Of a stretch of DNA of 64,000 nt, positions 25,247 to 39,780 are shown one piece after another. The notes beneath the pieces were generated by a model. The model searched no databases and was not told where the DNA came from. It worked only from the letters and a program-made list of their open reading frames with translations. This stretch comes from Octopus sinensis. Its lineage: Eukaryota. Position 1 is the first letter of the stretch, and each line of letters begins with the position of its first letter. The stretch covers positions 42,780,001-42,844,000 of the forward strand of contig NC_042999.1 of assembly GCF_006345805.1 (NCBI RefSeq). Reading direction: 5' to 3'. The translations under genes and the position numbers were made by a program.

Positions 25247-25597
25247 CGGCAGATGACAACGTGTCTCTAAAAGAAATGGAGAAACTTTCAAAATACAAAG
25301 ACCTGAAAATAGAGGTAACCAGAATGTGGAATCTAAAAACAGAAACAATTCCTATCATTGTAGGTGCCTTAGGCATGATAAAAAAATATTCAGACAAATA
25401 CATAACAAAAACACCAGGACTTACAAACACATATAACACACAGAAAATTGCACTACTAGGCACTGCACACATCCTACGCAGAAAACTTTCCATACAATAA
25501 CCATCAGAGCATCACAACAAATCACAGCACATACCTAAGGCACACAGAGCTGCGCTCGGTAGTGAAGTGAAAGCACGCTATAAAAATAAAACTACTG
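25246..25597 (+). mobile_element. R4/Dong retrotransposon 3' end in (TAA)n
   Basis: Open frame PADDNVSLKEMEKLSKYKDLKIEVTRMWNLKTETIPIIVGALG...KIALLGTAHILRRKLSIQ*; (AAT)n on both sides. Confidence 0.88.
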
Positions 25598-25601
25598 AAT
25601 G

Positions 25602-25662
<61 letters not shown>

Positions 25663-25682
25663 TAATAATAATAATAATAATA

Positions 25683-25711
<29 letters not shown>

Positions 25712-25715
<4 letters not shown>

Positions 25716-26075
25716 AATTATTGTATATAGTGCTCAGGTGCACCACAACTTGTCAGAAAGTGCGTATAGAGTATATGCAGTAATGTACAAATGTCTGGAA
25801 AGCGAACAATGTATGAGTCAGATACATGCTTGTGTGTGTATGGAGGGGAGAAAATCAGGTGTAGTGTTGGCGAATCTCAGAAAGCATGGAAGTTTTGAAG
25901 GATGCAGTGCTCCGACAACTAACAACTGAGGCCAGCAGTTTGTTCCATGCTTCAGCGTGAAAAAATGTTTCCTAAAGTCATTGAGCTGTGCTGTTTTCTG
26001 ACTTTGTAAATATGTCCACGGGTGTTAGACGGGTGGAGTTTGAAAAGGTGCTCAGAGTTATTGTTTGTAAGATGG
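25712..26075 (-). mobile_element. CR1-like LINE 3' end with (ATT)n tail
   Basis: LFKLHPSNTRGHIYKVRKQHS; 3' end gcacctgagcactatatacaataatttc matches the CR1 copy at 36960. Confidence 0.8.
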
Positions 26076-26079
26076 TTAC

Positions 26080-26700
26080 GCTGAGGCTGCGGAATCTGCA
26101 GAGATTTCCGAACAGTGAGGCGATATGATCGCCGTTTGACAGACATGTCTTCCCACATCTCGTCTTTTTGACACTAATACCGTTCTAGGTCAAACAAAGA
26201 CCAACATTGAGCACAAGGTAGCTGAATTATTGTCAGTTGTTCTCAGTTTTCTTCTTACCGTATAATGTTGTGAGCGATACGCCTACCATCACATCATGTT
26301 GAGGATTAATAATGAGTAAAGGTGGCTACATCCTTGAGGATTCTCTAGACGTCGACAACATCAGCTGCGTAATATATTCCGGATGACTTTCGCACCGGAA
26401 ACTATGAACGGCATTACATAATCTTTGGCAGGCAATGCAACATGGAAAAATTACTAGCTCGAAGCAAACTGTACAGATACGGAACTGTTGCCAGCCGGAC
26501 TTATTCGAGATGCACATTGAGCGACGAAACTTTTCTATGCACAACACTCATTCATTCAATGAATGAACTTTATTGATATGTAGAGGTTGGTCGAACAGTA
26601 GCTGATGCATTTAAGGCAGATCCGGCTCTCAACAGAGTAGGATCGCTGCGATTTTGTTTGCAGTATCCGGTTCTCTTCAGATTTTCTACGTTTATTTAGC
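26080..26700 (+). mobile_element. Decayed Tx1/L1 LINE C-terminal piece (zf-RVT-like remnant)
   Basis: KLLARSKLYRYGTVASRTYSRCTLSDET resembles the degenerate CxxC...ET..H knuckle region. Confidence 0.45.
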
Positions 26701-27134
26701 GTTGCATGCTGATTACGAAAATCATAATCATTTTGTTACAAATTCATAATAAACTGGTAACAGGTATAGCTGTATGGTATGAAGTTTGCTTCGCATATGA
26801 TCCATTTCTTCTGGTATAGCCCCAGGTCGACCAAAGTCTTGTGAATGGATTTGATAGACAGAAAGTGAAAAAGGCTCGTTGTGTGTGTGTGTGTGTGTGT
26901 GCGCGCTTATGTTCCTTATGGATTCGAAAACTGAGATGCCGCTTTTAGCGTATGAGTTATCAAAATATTCAGTAATCTTTCGGCTACCAAATAAAGTTTA
27001 TTTTCATTTCCATATTTGTATTACAAAAATTTAACATTATAAGTCTTTCTATAAGTCATCTATCGTAAATGACATTTTATACCACCACCACTACCATCAC
27101 GACTTCACATTTTATATATGAGTGTGTCTGTCGG

Positions 27135-29690
27135 TGTGTGCAAACTTTAAATTATCAAGCAACTTGCAAAGATTCCATGGACTCAAACAATCTATGCGAA
27201 GATTTCAAAACAAAGGTATATCAGGTTGCAAGTTCGTCAGTGGAATTCAAATCTCATAAATCCAGTGACTGGTTCTCAGATAGATCAGCAGAAATTCATG
27301 ATCTACTTTTAGAAAAAAATTTAGGCAATACACTTCTTTCTCAGTCCTTGAACCCCAACTCAAACAAAACTTACAAAAAGCTGAAAAGGAAAGTGCAGAC
27401 TTCTCTAAGGAAAATTAAACAAGAAGCAGCAGATAGAAATTGTGCCAAGGGTTCGTACTCTTATGTTAAGAAGGTATATGACCCAAAATCTTCCTCATTA
27501 GCTCCAGTGAGAACAGCAAATAGACGTTTTCTTCTGATTGATACCGCTTCTATTCATAAGCGTTTGGTAGAACATTTTTCTGCACTTTTGAATAGACCAT
27601 CAACCGTTGACAAAATTGAACACCTTCCAGTTATAGAAGAGATGGCATTTGAACCAACTCTAAATGACATTTATTTAGCTGTGAATAAACTGAAAAATAA
27701 TAAGTCTCCAGGTTCTGATGAAATCTGTGCAGAAGTCTTGAAATATGGGGTGACAAAATGTTTGAACTCTTAAATATATTAATTTGTAACTGTTGGAGAA
27801 CTGAGGATGTGCCTCAAGATTGGATTGATGCCATTTTAGTCTCCTTGTATAAATAGGGACCAAAGGATCTGTGGGATAATTTTCGTGGGATTTCGCTTTT
27901 GTCTGTGGTTGGAAAGGTACTTGCCTGCATTGTGTTAAAACTTTTCAATACCTTTATAGTTCCAAATATAGTGCCTGAGTCTCAGTGTGGTTTTTGTTCC
28001 TCCAGGGGCACAGCTAATTGTATCTTTACTATCAAACAATTACAAGAAAAGTGCATTGAACAGAATCTTGTTCTATACCATTCCTTTGTTGATTTGAGCA
28101 AAGCATTCGATACTTAATCGAAATGCTCTAAGGAAAATAGGTTGGCCAGAAAAATTTGTGAACATGGTCAGGGCTTTGCATCAAGATATGAAAGCTAGAG
28201 TTTATTTTGGTTGTAGGCTCTCTGAATCTTTTGCTGTGGAAAATGGAGTAAAGCAAGGAGACCTTGATGCACCCATCCTCTTTGCAATATACTTTGCTGT
28301 TGTGTTGTCACATGCTTTTCAAAACTCTGAGGAGGGTATTTATATAAAATATCGAACATCAGGGAATGTTTTAATCTGACCAGATTGACATTCAAAACGA
28401 AGGTTTTTACTTTACTCATTAGGGAACTTTTGTATGCTAACGATTGCAATCTTGTCAGTCATTCTGAAACAGGTATGCAATCTCTTGTATCTGCATTTGA
28501 CTCAGCTTGTGATGATTTTGGGTTGACCATCAACTTAAAAAAAAAAAAAAACAGTTGTAATGCATCAACCTGCGTGTGGTGCTGTTTGTAAACCCGCTAA
28601 AATTTTTGTTATGGGAAAGTTACTTGAGGTTACCGATTCGTTCGTCTACCTTGGAAGCTCTGTTCAAAATGCTGGAAATCTTGATACAGAAATACAGCTG
28701 CGAATTCATAGGGCAGTAAAAGCATTTGGTGGCTTGGAGTCACGCGTTTGGTGCCAGCGACATATAAATAAGAATACAAAGCTGGCTCTTTACAAATCAT
28801 TTGTCTTACCATCCCTGTTGTATTCCTGTGAAACTTGGACTTGTTATGAAAGGCATTTTAAACTGTTAGAACAATTCCGCCAAAAATGCTTTCATTGCAT
28901 TTTAAAAATTAAAAGGAGTTCTTTTACTCCATTCACAGATGTCCTTGCATCTGCAGGCATCACCGCAATTAAAGCTATGATTTTGAGGAACCAACTGAGA
29001 TGGAGTGGCCATATTGTTCGAATGGCAGATGAACGCATGCCGAAACAGCTGTTTTATGGTGAGCTTGCAGAGGGGAAACGCTATCAGCGTAAACCTAAAA
29101 CAAATATTTAAGGACGGCGTAAGGCCTACTATGAAGTCACTTGGAATGGTTCCAGAAGATATAGAAACCCTTGCTTCGGATCGAGTTAGATGGCGAACAA
29201 AGGTGTGGAGTGGAGTGAAAGCATTTGAAGAGGCCAGGATAACACAAGTAAGACTTAAAAGAGATCTAAGGAAGAATATAACGATCGAGAAGGTGAATGA
29301 CAATGACCTTTTCCTGTGCACAGTCTGTGACAGATCATGCCTTTCTTTTGCTGGCCTCAAATCTCATCTGCGAACGCATGGAAAACGAACCTCCACCAAC
29401 TATTCTGCCTATATGTCTGTGCACACTTTTGAATGCAGTGTATGCCAGAAATTCTGCAAATCCAACGGAGGCCTCAAAAGACATGTTAAGATCCACAAAG
29501 ATCAGAACTTATCTGCAAGTTTAGGTGGTCCAAATCAGAGGTGCAATCTGTGTGTGTCTCTTTTCAGAACATTGTCTAGCTTGAAATTCCACATCAGACG
29601 CCATGATGGTGCTAAGGGGTAGGTACAGGAGGTGGTCAAACTCTGCATAAGGAGTAGACAACCACCATGTATGTATGTATGCATATGTGC
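27135..29690 (+). mobile_element. 5'-truncated RTE-clade LINE: frameshifted RT plus three C-terminal C2H2 zinc fingers, (ATGT)n tail
   Basis: KSPGSD, NFRGISLLSVVGK, PESQCGF, FVDLSKAFD, GVKQG, LLYAND (YADD), FVYLGS, QLRWSGHIVRM; fingers at 29311-29604; stop at 29622. Confidence 0.93.
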
Positions 29691-29974
29691 AGATTTTTAT
29701 GTTTTGCTTTATGTATGTATTCTCATGCATTTAGTTGCATATCTAGACATACTCGTATAAACTTAAATGATAAACTTCTGTAAAGTTTTACCGAATTTTA
29801 CAGTTCCAGAGATGGGTTGGATCTGTAGTCTCCGAATCAGCCTTCTCTTTTCTGGTTTTGAGAAGCCGAATTTCTCAAGGTTGGTATTTAGGCAGTGTGT
29901 TACAGATGTATGTATGTATGTATGTATGTATGTATGTATGTATGTATGTATGTATGTATGTATGTATGTGTGTA

Positions 29975-30007
<33 letters not shown>

Positions 30008-30366
30008 ATGTATGTATATATGTATGTATGTATGTATGTGTGCAGATATGTATGCTTTGTTTTATGTATGTATTCTCATGCATATAGTTGCATATCTAGA
30101 CATACTCATATAAACTTAAATGAGAAACTTCTGGAAAGTTTTACAGAATTTTACAGTTCCAGAGATGGGTTGGATCTGTAGTCTCCGAATCAGCCTTCTA
30201 CTTTCTGGTTTTGAGAAGCTTAATTTCTCATGGTTGGTATTTAGGCAGTGTGTTACAGATGCATGTGTGTATGTATGCATGTATGTATGTATGTATGTAT
30301 GTATGTATGTATGTATGTGTATGTATGTATGTATGCATATATGTATGTATGTATGTATGTGTGCAG

Positions 30367-30397
<31 letters not shown>

Positions 30398-30481
30398 TGT
30401 ATGTATGTATGTATGTATGTATGTATGTATGTATGTATGTATGCATGTGTGTATGTATGTATGTATGTATGTATGTATGTA

Positions 30482-30517
<36 letters not shown>

Positions 30518-30540
30518 TGTATGTATGTGTGCATATGTGT
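29688..30540 (+). repeat. ~353-bp tandem duplication interleaved with (TATG)n
   Basis: 29688-29907 and 30041-30260 are near-identical. Confidence 0.85.
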
Positions 30541-30986
30541 TAAATTTTGTTTTCTATATATTTTCATCATATTTTAATCTACTCTACCATATTTTTTTTT
30601 TTCATTTTCCTTATAAGGATCCAAGCCTATAGTTACTAAACTTCGACTTTGCTTTATCCACTACAAGCTTAGCTTATCACTTTACTTAAAAACTAATCCT
30701 TTCTTTTTCGTTTTTTTTTTAAATTTCAACAGCTCGGTAAGCTTAGACTGACTGAAACAATATATTCTAGATTCTTTTCAAAACGTATTTCAACTCAGTT
30801 GTAAATAAATACTTCGACTACTCAATTTTAATTTGCGGCCAAATTATTTCTTGACTTAACACGTTGGGAAAACATGTGTCGTGTGGAGGGGGGGGGGCAA
30901 AGATGTCGAGATTGTCAGGAAGATAAAGAAAACCTTGTGAGTGGATTTGGTAGACGGAAACTAAAGAGGTTCGTCCTATATATGTA

Positions 30987-31486
30987 CAGTAATGCCTCGA
31001 TATACGAGCTAACTTGCTCCCGGAGGTCGCTCGTAAAGTGAAAACTCGTAAAGCAGAGCAATCATTTCCTTTAGTAGCAATGTTATAAATCGTAATTAGT
31101 TCCAAAAAAAATATTTTACCTGTAAATAAATGGCAACAAATCTGAATGTAAACAATATTTTATGTAAAGTAAAAAGATTGTCAAGATAGTTTATAATAAA
31201 AAATATTATCATTGTTATCGTTTTCTGAACCACTTTCACTCGCACTAGACTCGTGCACAGCATCTCACTTGTACACGAGATCACCGATTCACAAGCACTC
31301 GTAGACGGACTTGTAGATTTCTTTTTTAAAAAACAAATCTGCTTAGAAGAAACTTTTTTCCGCTCTCTATAAATTTCTCGGTAACATGCAGAAGCATCTG
31401 TTATGGTAGTAGAAACTTTTGGACTTCGTCCAAAATTTGGATCTTGCGCTTGAAAAATCGGATCTTTGTGAAGTTAGGTATTACTT
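30987..31486 (+). mobile_element. pogo/Tigger-like non-autonomous DNA transposon inserted in the TA tract of a SINE-A
   Basis: TA|cagtaatgcctcgatatacgag ... aggtattactt|TA; SINE-A halves at 30932-30985 and ~31495-31690. Confidence 0.6.
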
Positions 31487-31858
31487 TATATATCTGTGTG
31501 CCTTGTAAGTTTGTGCTTGCTTAAATCGTATTCCTATAGCCGTTTGACAACCGGTGATGGTTTATTTATACCTCCATAACTTAGCGGTTCTTCATAAAAG
31601 ACGATGGAATAAGTACCTGGCTTAAAATATAAGTGCGGGGCTTGATTTGTTGTCGTAAACGTCGCCCTAAAATAACGGAATGGTCCTGGCTAGTATACTC
31701 TTTGAGGAGAGGTCAGTTCGATTACGATTGCCTGGTGGAAGGAAGTCAGCCTCAGGTCGAAGAATTCGCCCAAGTACTCCCAACAGAGTGGATTTTGGTA
31801 AAGGCTTTCATCATATGGCGGTGTTATATCGGGCGTTAAGTTCTATAGTAGTATGTAA

Positions 31859-32230
31859 GGCGGCGAGCTGGCAGAATCGTTAGCACGCCTTCAAATTCCG
31901 CCGAGGTCGACTTTGCCTTTCATTCTTTCGGGGTCGATAAATTAAGTACCAGTTGCGTACTGGGATCGATCTAATTGACTGGCTGGCCTCCTCCCCAAGT
32001 ATTTCGGGCTTTGTGCTTAGAGTAGAAAAGAAGCACACCGAACAAAATGCTGAGCGACATTTCGTTCGTCTTTACGTTCTCAATTCACATTCCGCCGAGG
32101 TCGACTTTGCCTTTTATCCCTTTTGTGTGTCGATGAAATAAGAACCAGTTACGCACTGGCGTCGATTTTATCGATTAGCCCCCCCCACTCCCCAAAATTT
32201 CAGGCCTTGTGCCTATAAGAGAAAGGATTA
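31859..32230 (+). mobile_element. Two SINE-B copies with the alternative tail
   Basis: Core plus ...cccaaaatttcaggccttgtgcc tail. Confidence 0.8.
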
Positions 32231-33050
32231 TATAGTAGTGTGTTGATAGAATCGTTAGAACGATGGGGAAAATTGTCATGTAATATCTAATTATACCTCG
32301 TAACGTTAATTAGAATTAATCAAAATTAATAAGATTCATACATCTCATTCCAATTTATTAATTTTTAGCTTCTCAACCACTTCTTTCACACATTCTTAAT
32401 CCCTCTCTTTCCCTCTCTCCCTCTCCTTCTCTTTCCCTATCTCCCTCTCTCCCTCTCCTTCTCTTTCCATATCTCCCTCTCCCTCTCTTCCTCCCTCTCT
32501 CTTTCTTTCTTTCCCTCTCTCTCCAGCCCTCTCTGTTTTTCTCTCGTTATCAAAGTTTTTCTGTTGTGAAGTTCCATATTTAAAGGTTTTGCATCAGATC
32601 TGAAAAAAAAAATGAACTTTTTTTTTTTAGAAATAAATAAATATTAATATTCTAGAGATGTCTTGATGTTAAAAGGGCAAAGCTGGTTGGTGTGGGGAGG
32701 ATAATATTTCAATAATACAGGAAATAAAGTAAAATGAAATATTAAATATTTGAAGTCGATGATTACTTTACAATCTGCTTCTTGTAATTGAAAATATATC
32801 AATGAAACATATAAACAAACAGTGCGAATGTTTAATAGATAAATAAATAAATAAATAATGATTTTTCATATAGCTCACAAGACAACACAAACGCATATAG
32901 ATAATCGATAAAATCGATCTGGTAATTTTTATGGACTCCAGAAGGATTCAAAGCAAACTCAACTTCGGTAGATAGGGCTTGAGCTCAGGATGAAGAGGGT
33001 TTAAACAGAATATGATCGGTTGAGCTGTAGGCAGTTCGCAGTTCTCATAA

Positions 33051-33330
33051 TCTATATATATAAAACTGAGAACGTGTGTCGCTCTGTCTGTCTGTCTCTG
33101 TGTCTGTATGTGTTCATCCCTAAAACTCAAGAACTACCCGACCGATTTCATTCAAATTTTACACATGTCTTACTTAGGGTCCATAGAGTGTTATAGGCCA
33201 AAACATTTTCAACCTCTTGCCTAATGCGAGCCCGGAGCAATCTCCTATCTCTTACACTATTTCGGTAATATATGTCAAAAGTGAAACAATAACATCTCTA
33301 TTGTAATGTGATATAATAGTTTCACTATTA
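33051..33330 (+). mobile_element. Helitron-like 5' fragment
   Basis: A|TCtatatatataaaactgag + (gtct)n; homologous to 7690-7915. Confidence 0.5.
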
Positions 33331-33404
33331 TATGGTTTCAATTTGAGTTAGTTTCACTATGTATTTATATACATGTTTGTATATGTATATATTTTATATA
33401 CATA

Positions 33405-34368
33405 CATAAAGTGTTTGAAAAAGTTTGATATCATTTTGCAGTTCAATGTTCAAGAGACTTGCCAGTTCTTGTTCAAATGACTTCAAATTTTAACAGCATG
33501 TGTAGAAACCGAACAAAATTTCATGTTTAATGTTCGATATGTTTATCTTTTCAGATATAGAAATGGCATTCACTGGAAGAGAAAAGGCGTTTTGTGTGTT
33601 GGAGTAAGCTCGAAGACAGTCGAACGAGACTGTGCAGCGTGTATTTGTGACAGAGTTCTCTAAAACGTCACCAATGGCAATGTAGATTTGAACATGGCAA
33701 AAAAATTCAAAGAGGAAGGCTGTCTGTGCAGGGCAAAAGGATCTGGACGACTACTAACATCGGAAGAGACGGTCGAGTGGGTTCGCCAAAAACTCTTTTG
33801 AAGCCCCAAGAAGTCTATAAGAAGAACAAGTCTGGAAATCCAGATTCTTCCAACGACAGTTTGGCGCGTCCTGAAGAAACGCTTGCTAATGAAACCTTAC
33901 AAGCTGCAGCTCGTTAAGGCCATAACGGCAGACGGCAAGTGAAAGCGCAAATAATTCTGTGTTGATATGCAAGAGGAACTTGAAGAAGCCGAATTCAAGG
34001 AACGTCTTGTTGTCAGTGATGAGGCCAGATTTCATACGAATGGCAAAGTCAATAAACATAAAGTTCGCATTTGGGGTGAAGAGAGTCCCCATGCCATAGT
34101 TGAGCATGAGAGAAACTTACCAAAAGTGAATGCGTTCTGCGCCATCTCCAAGAAGCATCTTCATAGCCCGTTTTTCTTTGAGTGAAATGTGACCGGCGAT
34201 GTGAAATCGTTCATGGAATGCACATAGCTTTGAATTTCTAATTCAAATTTGGAGGAATAACTCTTATGTTGCTCAACATTAATCCTGTTTAGTTTCATTT
34301 GCTTTGACTATGTAGTTTCTGTGATATTTACATCCCAAATTATATCAAATTTTTTAAAACACCCTATA
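33405..34368 (+). mobile_element. Internally deleted Tc1/mariner of rosa/DD41D-like type
   Basis: Pseudo-ORF from ATG 33563: MAFTGREKAFCVLE...SPKKSIRR...KPYKLQLV...VSDEARFHTNGKVNKHKVRIWGEESPH; degenerate TIRs. Confidence 0.8.
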
Positions 34369-34397
34369 TATACACACACACCACACACACACACACA

Positions 34398-34432
<35 letters not shown>

Positions 34433-34479
34433 AATATATACACATACATATATATATATGTGTATATATATATGTATGT

Positions 34480-35146
<667 letters not shown>

Positions 35147-35147
35147 C

Positions 35148-35178
<31 letters not shown>

Positions 35179-35236
35179 CATATACATATTATATATATAT
35201 ACATATACATATATATATATACATATATACGTATAC

Positions 35237-35289
<53 letters not shown>

Positions 35290-35376
35290 TATATACATAT
35301 ATATACATATATATATATATATACATGTATATATTTATATCTTTGTATATATATAAATACACACACACACACACAA

Positions 35377-35467
<91 letters not shown>

Positions 35468-35599
35468 ATATATGCAGTGACCCAGCAATAACATTTGCTA
35501 AGGGGGTGCAAACCCAGGTCCTAATTTTTTAATGAAAAATGTGAATTTTTCCAATGTTAACATTAAAACAAATGCAGGTATAACAATAATTTTTATTAT

Positions 35600-36050
35600 T
35601 ATGACGATCGGCTGAAATGTTCATAATCTGAGCAAGACACTCTCAATGGAATGTGACCAAATGAAGTTCATTTTCTAACATAGTTCCTCTTACTGTCCAC
35701 ACACTTCCATTAGTAGTTGCAGTGCTTTTCTGTTGATCAAAATGGTCATCAACAACAGATAAGATGTTCTCATCATAGTGATACTGGTGCTCAGCTGAGT
35801 GTTTTTCTATGTTGGGAAACAGATGATAACCAGAAGGAACCAAATCACTAACATAGGGAGGATGATCAACCAGTTCAAAGCCAGTCACATACAGCAGCCA
35901 TTGAAACCAAGGACTTGTGTGCTGAAGCATTGTCCTAATGAAACAAGACCCCATTCATCAGTTTTTCTGGGTGTTTGGTCTTGATAGCCTTTCATAACTG
36001 CCTTAGGAAGTTGGTATTGAAATTTTCCATTGATGGTGTGATCATTTTGA
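35600..36050 (-). mobile_element. Decayed mariner C-terminal fragment
   Basis: GFELVDHPPYVSDLVPSGYHLFPNIEKH. Confidence 0.75.
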
Positions 36051-36382
36051 AGATAGCCAATAAACACAATATGTTTTGCATTAATGCATAGAATATATAA
36101 TAATGTGAAGTATATGTTGCATATTAAAATGTTTAATTTTGGAAATGTATCAAGCAGAGCTAAAATAAGCAGTAAAAATACAAATTGCAAGTATTTCAAA
36201 ATGTGGGACACTACATGACAAAAACTAACAAAAAACGGAAGAAAATAGTGGTGTTTGTGTTCCAAAGGTACAATGAGAAGGATAGAGAGATGGGGTAGAA
36301 GGAAGGAAGTTAGAAGGTATGAAAAGAATGAAAAGTGAAAAGATAAACTGGGGATCTGAAATGAGTACTAGGCAGGAAATTG

Positions 36383-36560
36383 GCCCCTGTGCCGGTGGCA
36401 CGTAAAAACAGCACCCACTATACTGGCGTTAGGAAGGGCATCCAGCTGTAGAAACACTGCCAGATCAGATTGGAGCCTGGTGCAGCCTCCTGGCTTCCCA
36501 GCCCCCAGTCGAACCATTCAACCTATTCCAGCATGGAAAATGGACATTAAACGATGATGT
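36383..36560 (+). mobile_element. SINE 3' part with RTE-type tail
   Basis: ggcgttaggaagggcatccagc...ggacattaaacgatgatg. Confidence 0.6.
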
Positions 36561-36959
36561 CTTACCTATGCACTGGTCAAGTAGAAAAACGATGAGTGAC
36601 AAAAAATTGGATTGTCTTTTGGTACCAAAAAAGTGAAGAAAGAGAGTAGAGAAGGTTAGGGAAGAGCAAGTAGGAAGAAAGAGAGTGCGGAGAAATAAAG
36701 GAATAAAGATAGACGGTAGGTAGTTGACAGAGATGGACAGAGGAAGAAATGGAAGGCAGTAAAGAGAGAAAAGCAACAGAGAGGTAGATAGAGGGGAGAG
36801 GAGAAGGACGGAGAATAGATAGAAAAGAGAGACAGTCTTGCACCAAATATTGAACACTGCGTAGGGTACCACTGAGTGGGAACAGAAGTGAGTGTGTGAC
36901 ATTACATTGACTAACAGACCTAAAATACTGCACAGAAAGTCAACAAACACACATATATA

Positions 36960-37830
36960 ATGATAAAGGAAATTGTTGTATACAGTGCTCAGGTGCACTA
37001 CAACTAAAAAGAAAAAAATGGCCATCAGGTGTACTGTTGGCGGATTTCAGGACACATGGAAGTTTTGAAGGATGTAGTGTCTTGACAGCTAACAACTGAT
37101 GCAGGTGGTTTATTCCATGCTTCTGCAAATCTGAGCATGAAAAATTGTTTCCGAAAGTCATGGGTGCTGTGTTGTTTTTTGATTTTATAAGCATGTCCGT
37201 GAGTGTTTGTCATATGGAATTCAAAAAGGTACCCAAGGTTGTTGTTGGAAATATGGTGGATAATCTTGTGAGTGTCAATCAAGTCAGTTGCCAGACGTCT
37301 GGGCTTCAATGTATCCATGCCCAGGAATGCAAGACGTTCAGAGTATGGTAGATGTCTGACGGTGGGTATTCGCTTTGTTGCACATTTCTGAACAGTTTCC
37401 AGGAGATTTATATGCTGAGAAAGAGAGGGGTTCCAGACTAGTGATGCAAATTCCAAATGTGGACATACCATTGTTGTATACAATTTTAAATAGAAAACTG
37501 GAGAGTGGCTGACAAAGGTCTTACTGAGTGATGCTAGCACCACCGCAGCCTTTTTGACAATCTTAGTTATGTGGTTTGTCCAATGCAGATTGTTTACAAT
37601 AATACCCAGAACATGTCCACTAGAAGACTTCTTGAGATTGGTGTTGCTGAGGGAGTATGTAAAAGCTGGATTTTTCCTCCCAAAATGCATGGTGACACAC
37701 TTGTCTACAGATAGCTTGAGTTGCCAGTCAGAAGTCTACTGCTGCATTGTATCCAGATATGATTGCAGGATAGGATCTGTTCTTTTTATTTCAAGGTACA
37801 GCTTGGTATCATCTGCATATTTCAACACTG
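36960..37830 (-). mobile_element. CR1-like LINE, RT C-terminus and 3' end
   Basis: LKYADDTKL, WQLKLSVDKCVTMHFG, PHLEFASLVWNP, LETVQKCATK, YSERL. Confidence 0.88.
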
Positions 37831-38459
37831 AAATTTCCAAGAAGTTTTCGACCAAATTTCCCTACAAAGTGCCAGTTGCCCATCAACCCCGAAATTACCC
37901 TTCCTCTAATAAACACAAGGCCTAAAATTTTGTGGAGGGGTGATTATTCGGATACTCTCTTTTATCGACTCCGAAAGAATGAAAAGCAAAAGCTGACTTC
38001 GGAGGGATTTGAACGGAGAGCGCAATCAGAACAAATACCTCAAAACATTTTATCTGAAGGTGTAGCCACTCTGCCATTTCAACGCCTTAATTAGTAAACA
38101 TTCATTACTAGGATGATAAATCACATGACAAGTCTTCCCTTCTTTCCTTCTGTTTTTATTTCGTTCTAAATCAAAACTACCTTCCCTTTTTTTTTTGTCT
38201 TCCATTTTATATTTATCACTTCAGCTTACGACCTCCACCTAATTACTACTATATATGAAGAAAATTTCATCTCAACACCCGATTTGAAAAGCTAGTAACA
38301 GTGAAACTGCGAAGTAAACAATCATCTTTGATACTACAAGAATTGACACACACACACACAACACACACACCACACACACATGATTCTATACCTGTATTGA
38401 GCACTCAAATAATTTTATTCAAGTAAATTCATTTACACGATGCACGTACATATACAGGC

Positions 38460-38534
38460 GTGTGTGTGTGTATATATATACATATATATATATACATATA
38501 TATACATACATACATATACATACATACATATACA

Positions 38535-38568
<34 letters not shown>

Positions 38569-38828
38569 ATATATATACATATATATATACATATATATAT
38601 ACATATATACTATATATATATATTATAATATATATAATATACATATATATATATATACATATATATATACATATATTACATATATTATATATACATATAT
38701 ATACATACATATATATACATATATATATATACATATATATATATATACATATATATATATACATATATATATACATATATATATATATACATATATACAT
38801 ATATATATATATACATATATATATATAC

Positions 38829-38859
<31 letters not shown>

Positions 38860-39495
38860 CATAATATATATACATATATATATATACATATATATATATA
38901 CATATATATACATATATATATATACATATCTATATACATATATATATACATATATATAACATATATATATACATATATATATACATATCTATATACATAT
39001 ATATATACATATATATATACATATATATATACATATATATATACATATCTATATACATATATATATACATATATATATATACATATATATAACATATATA
39101 TATACATATATATATATACATATATATATACATATATATATACATATATCTATATATATATATATAATTATATATATATACATATACATATATACATATA
39201 CATATATATATATACATATACTATATACATTATATATATATACATATATATATACATATACATATATATATACACACACATATATATATATATAAATATA
39301 TACATACATATACATATATATATATACACACATATATATTTATATATATATATATATATACATGTATACATATGCATATAGATACACATATATATGCATC
39401 TATCTAGCTATCTCTGTCTTTCTCTCACATGCATACAGACATATATACATACACACACGTATGTATGTATGTATGTATGTATGTATGTATGTATG

Positions 39496-39526
<31 letters not shown>

Positions 39527-39711
39527 GTGTATTGTGTATATATGTATGCATAGGTCCCCATAATGTTTTTCTTAGCAAGGAGTTGTAATGTTTTGCTTTG
39601 TATTTGTACTGTGCTATTGGAAATAGAAAGGAAAATTATTATTATATTATTATTATTATATTATTATTATATTATTATTATTATTACTACTACTATTATT
39701 ATTACTACTAC

Positions 39712-39762
<51 letters not shown>

Positions 39763-39780
39763 CATTATTATTATTACTAT
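38460..39780. repeat. Large compound microsatellite (TA/TACA, TATG, ATT)
   Basis: Direct reading. Confidence 0.95.
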
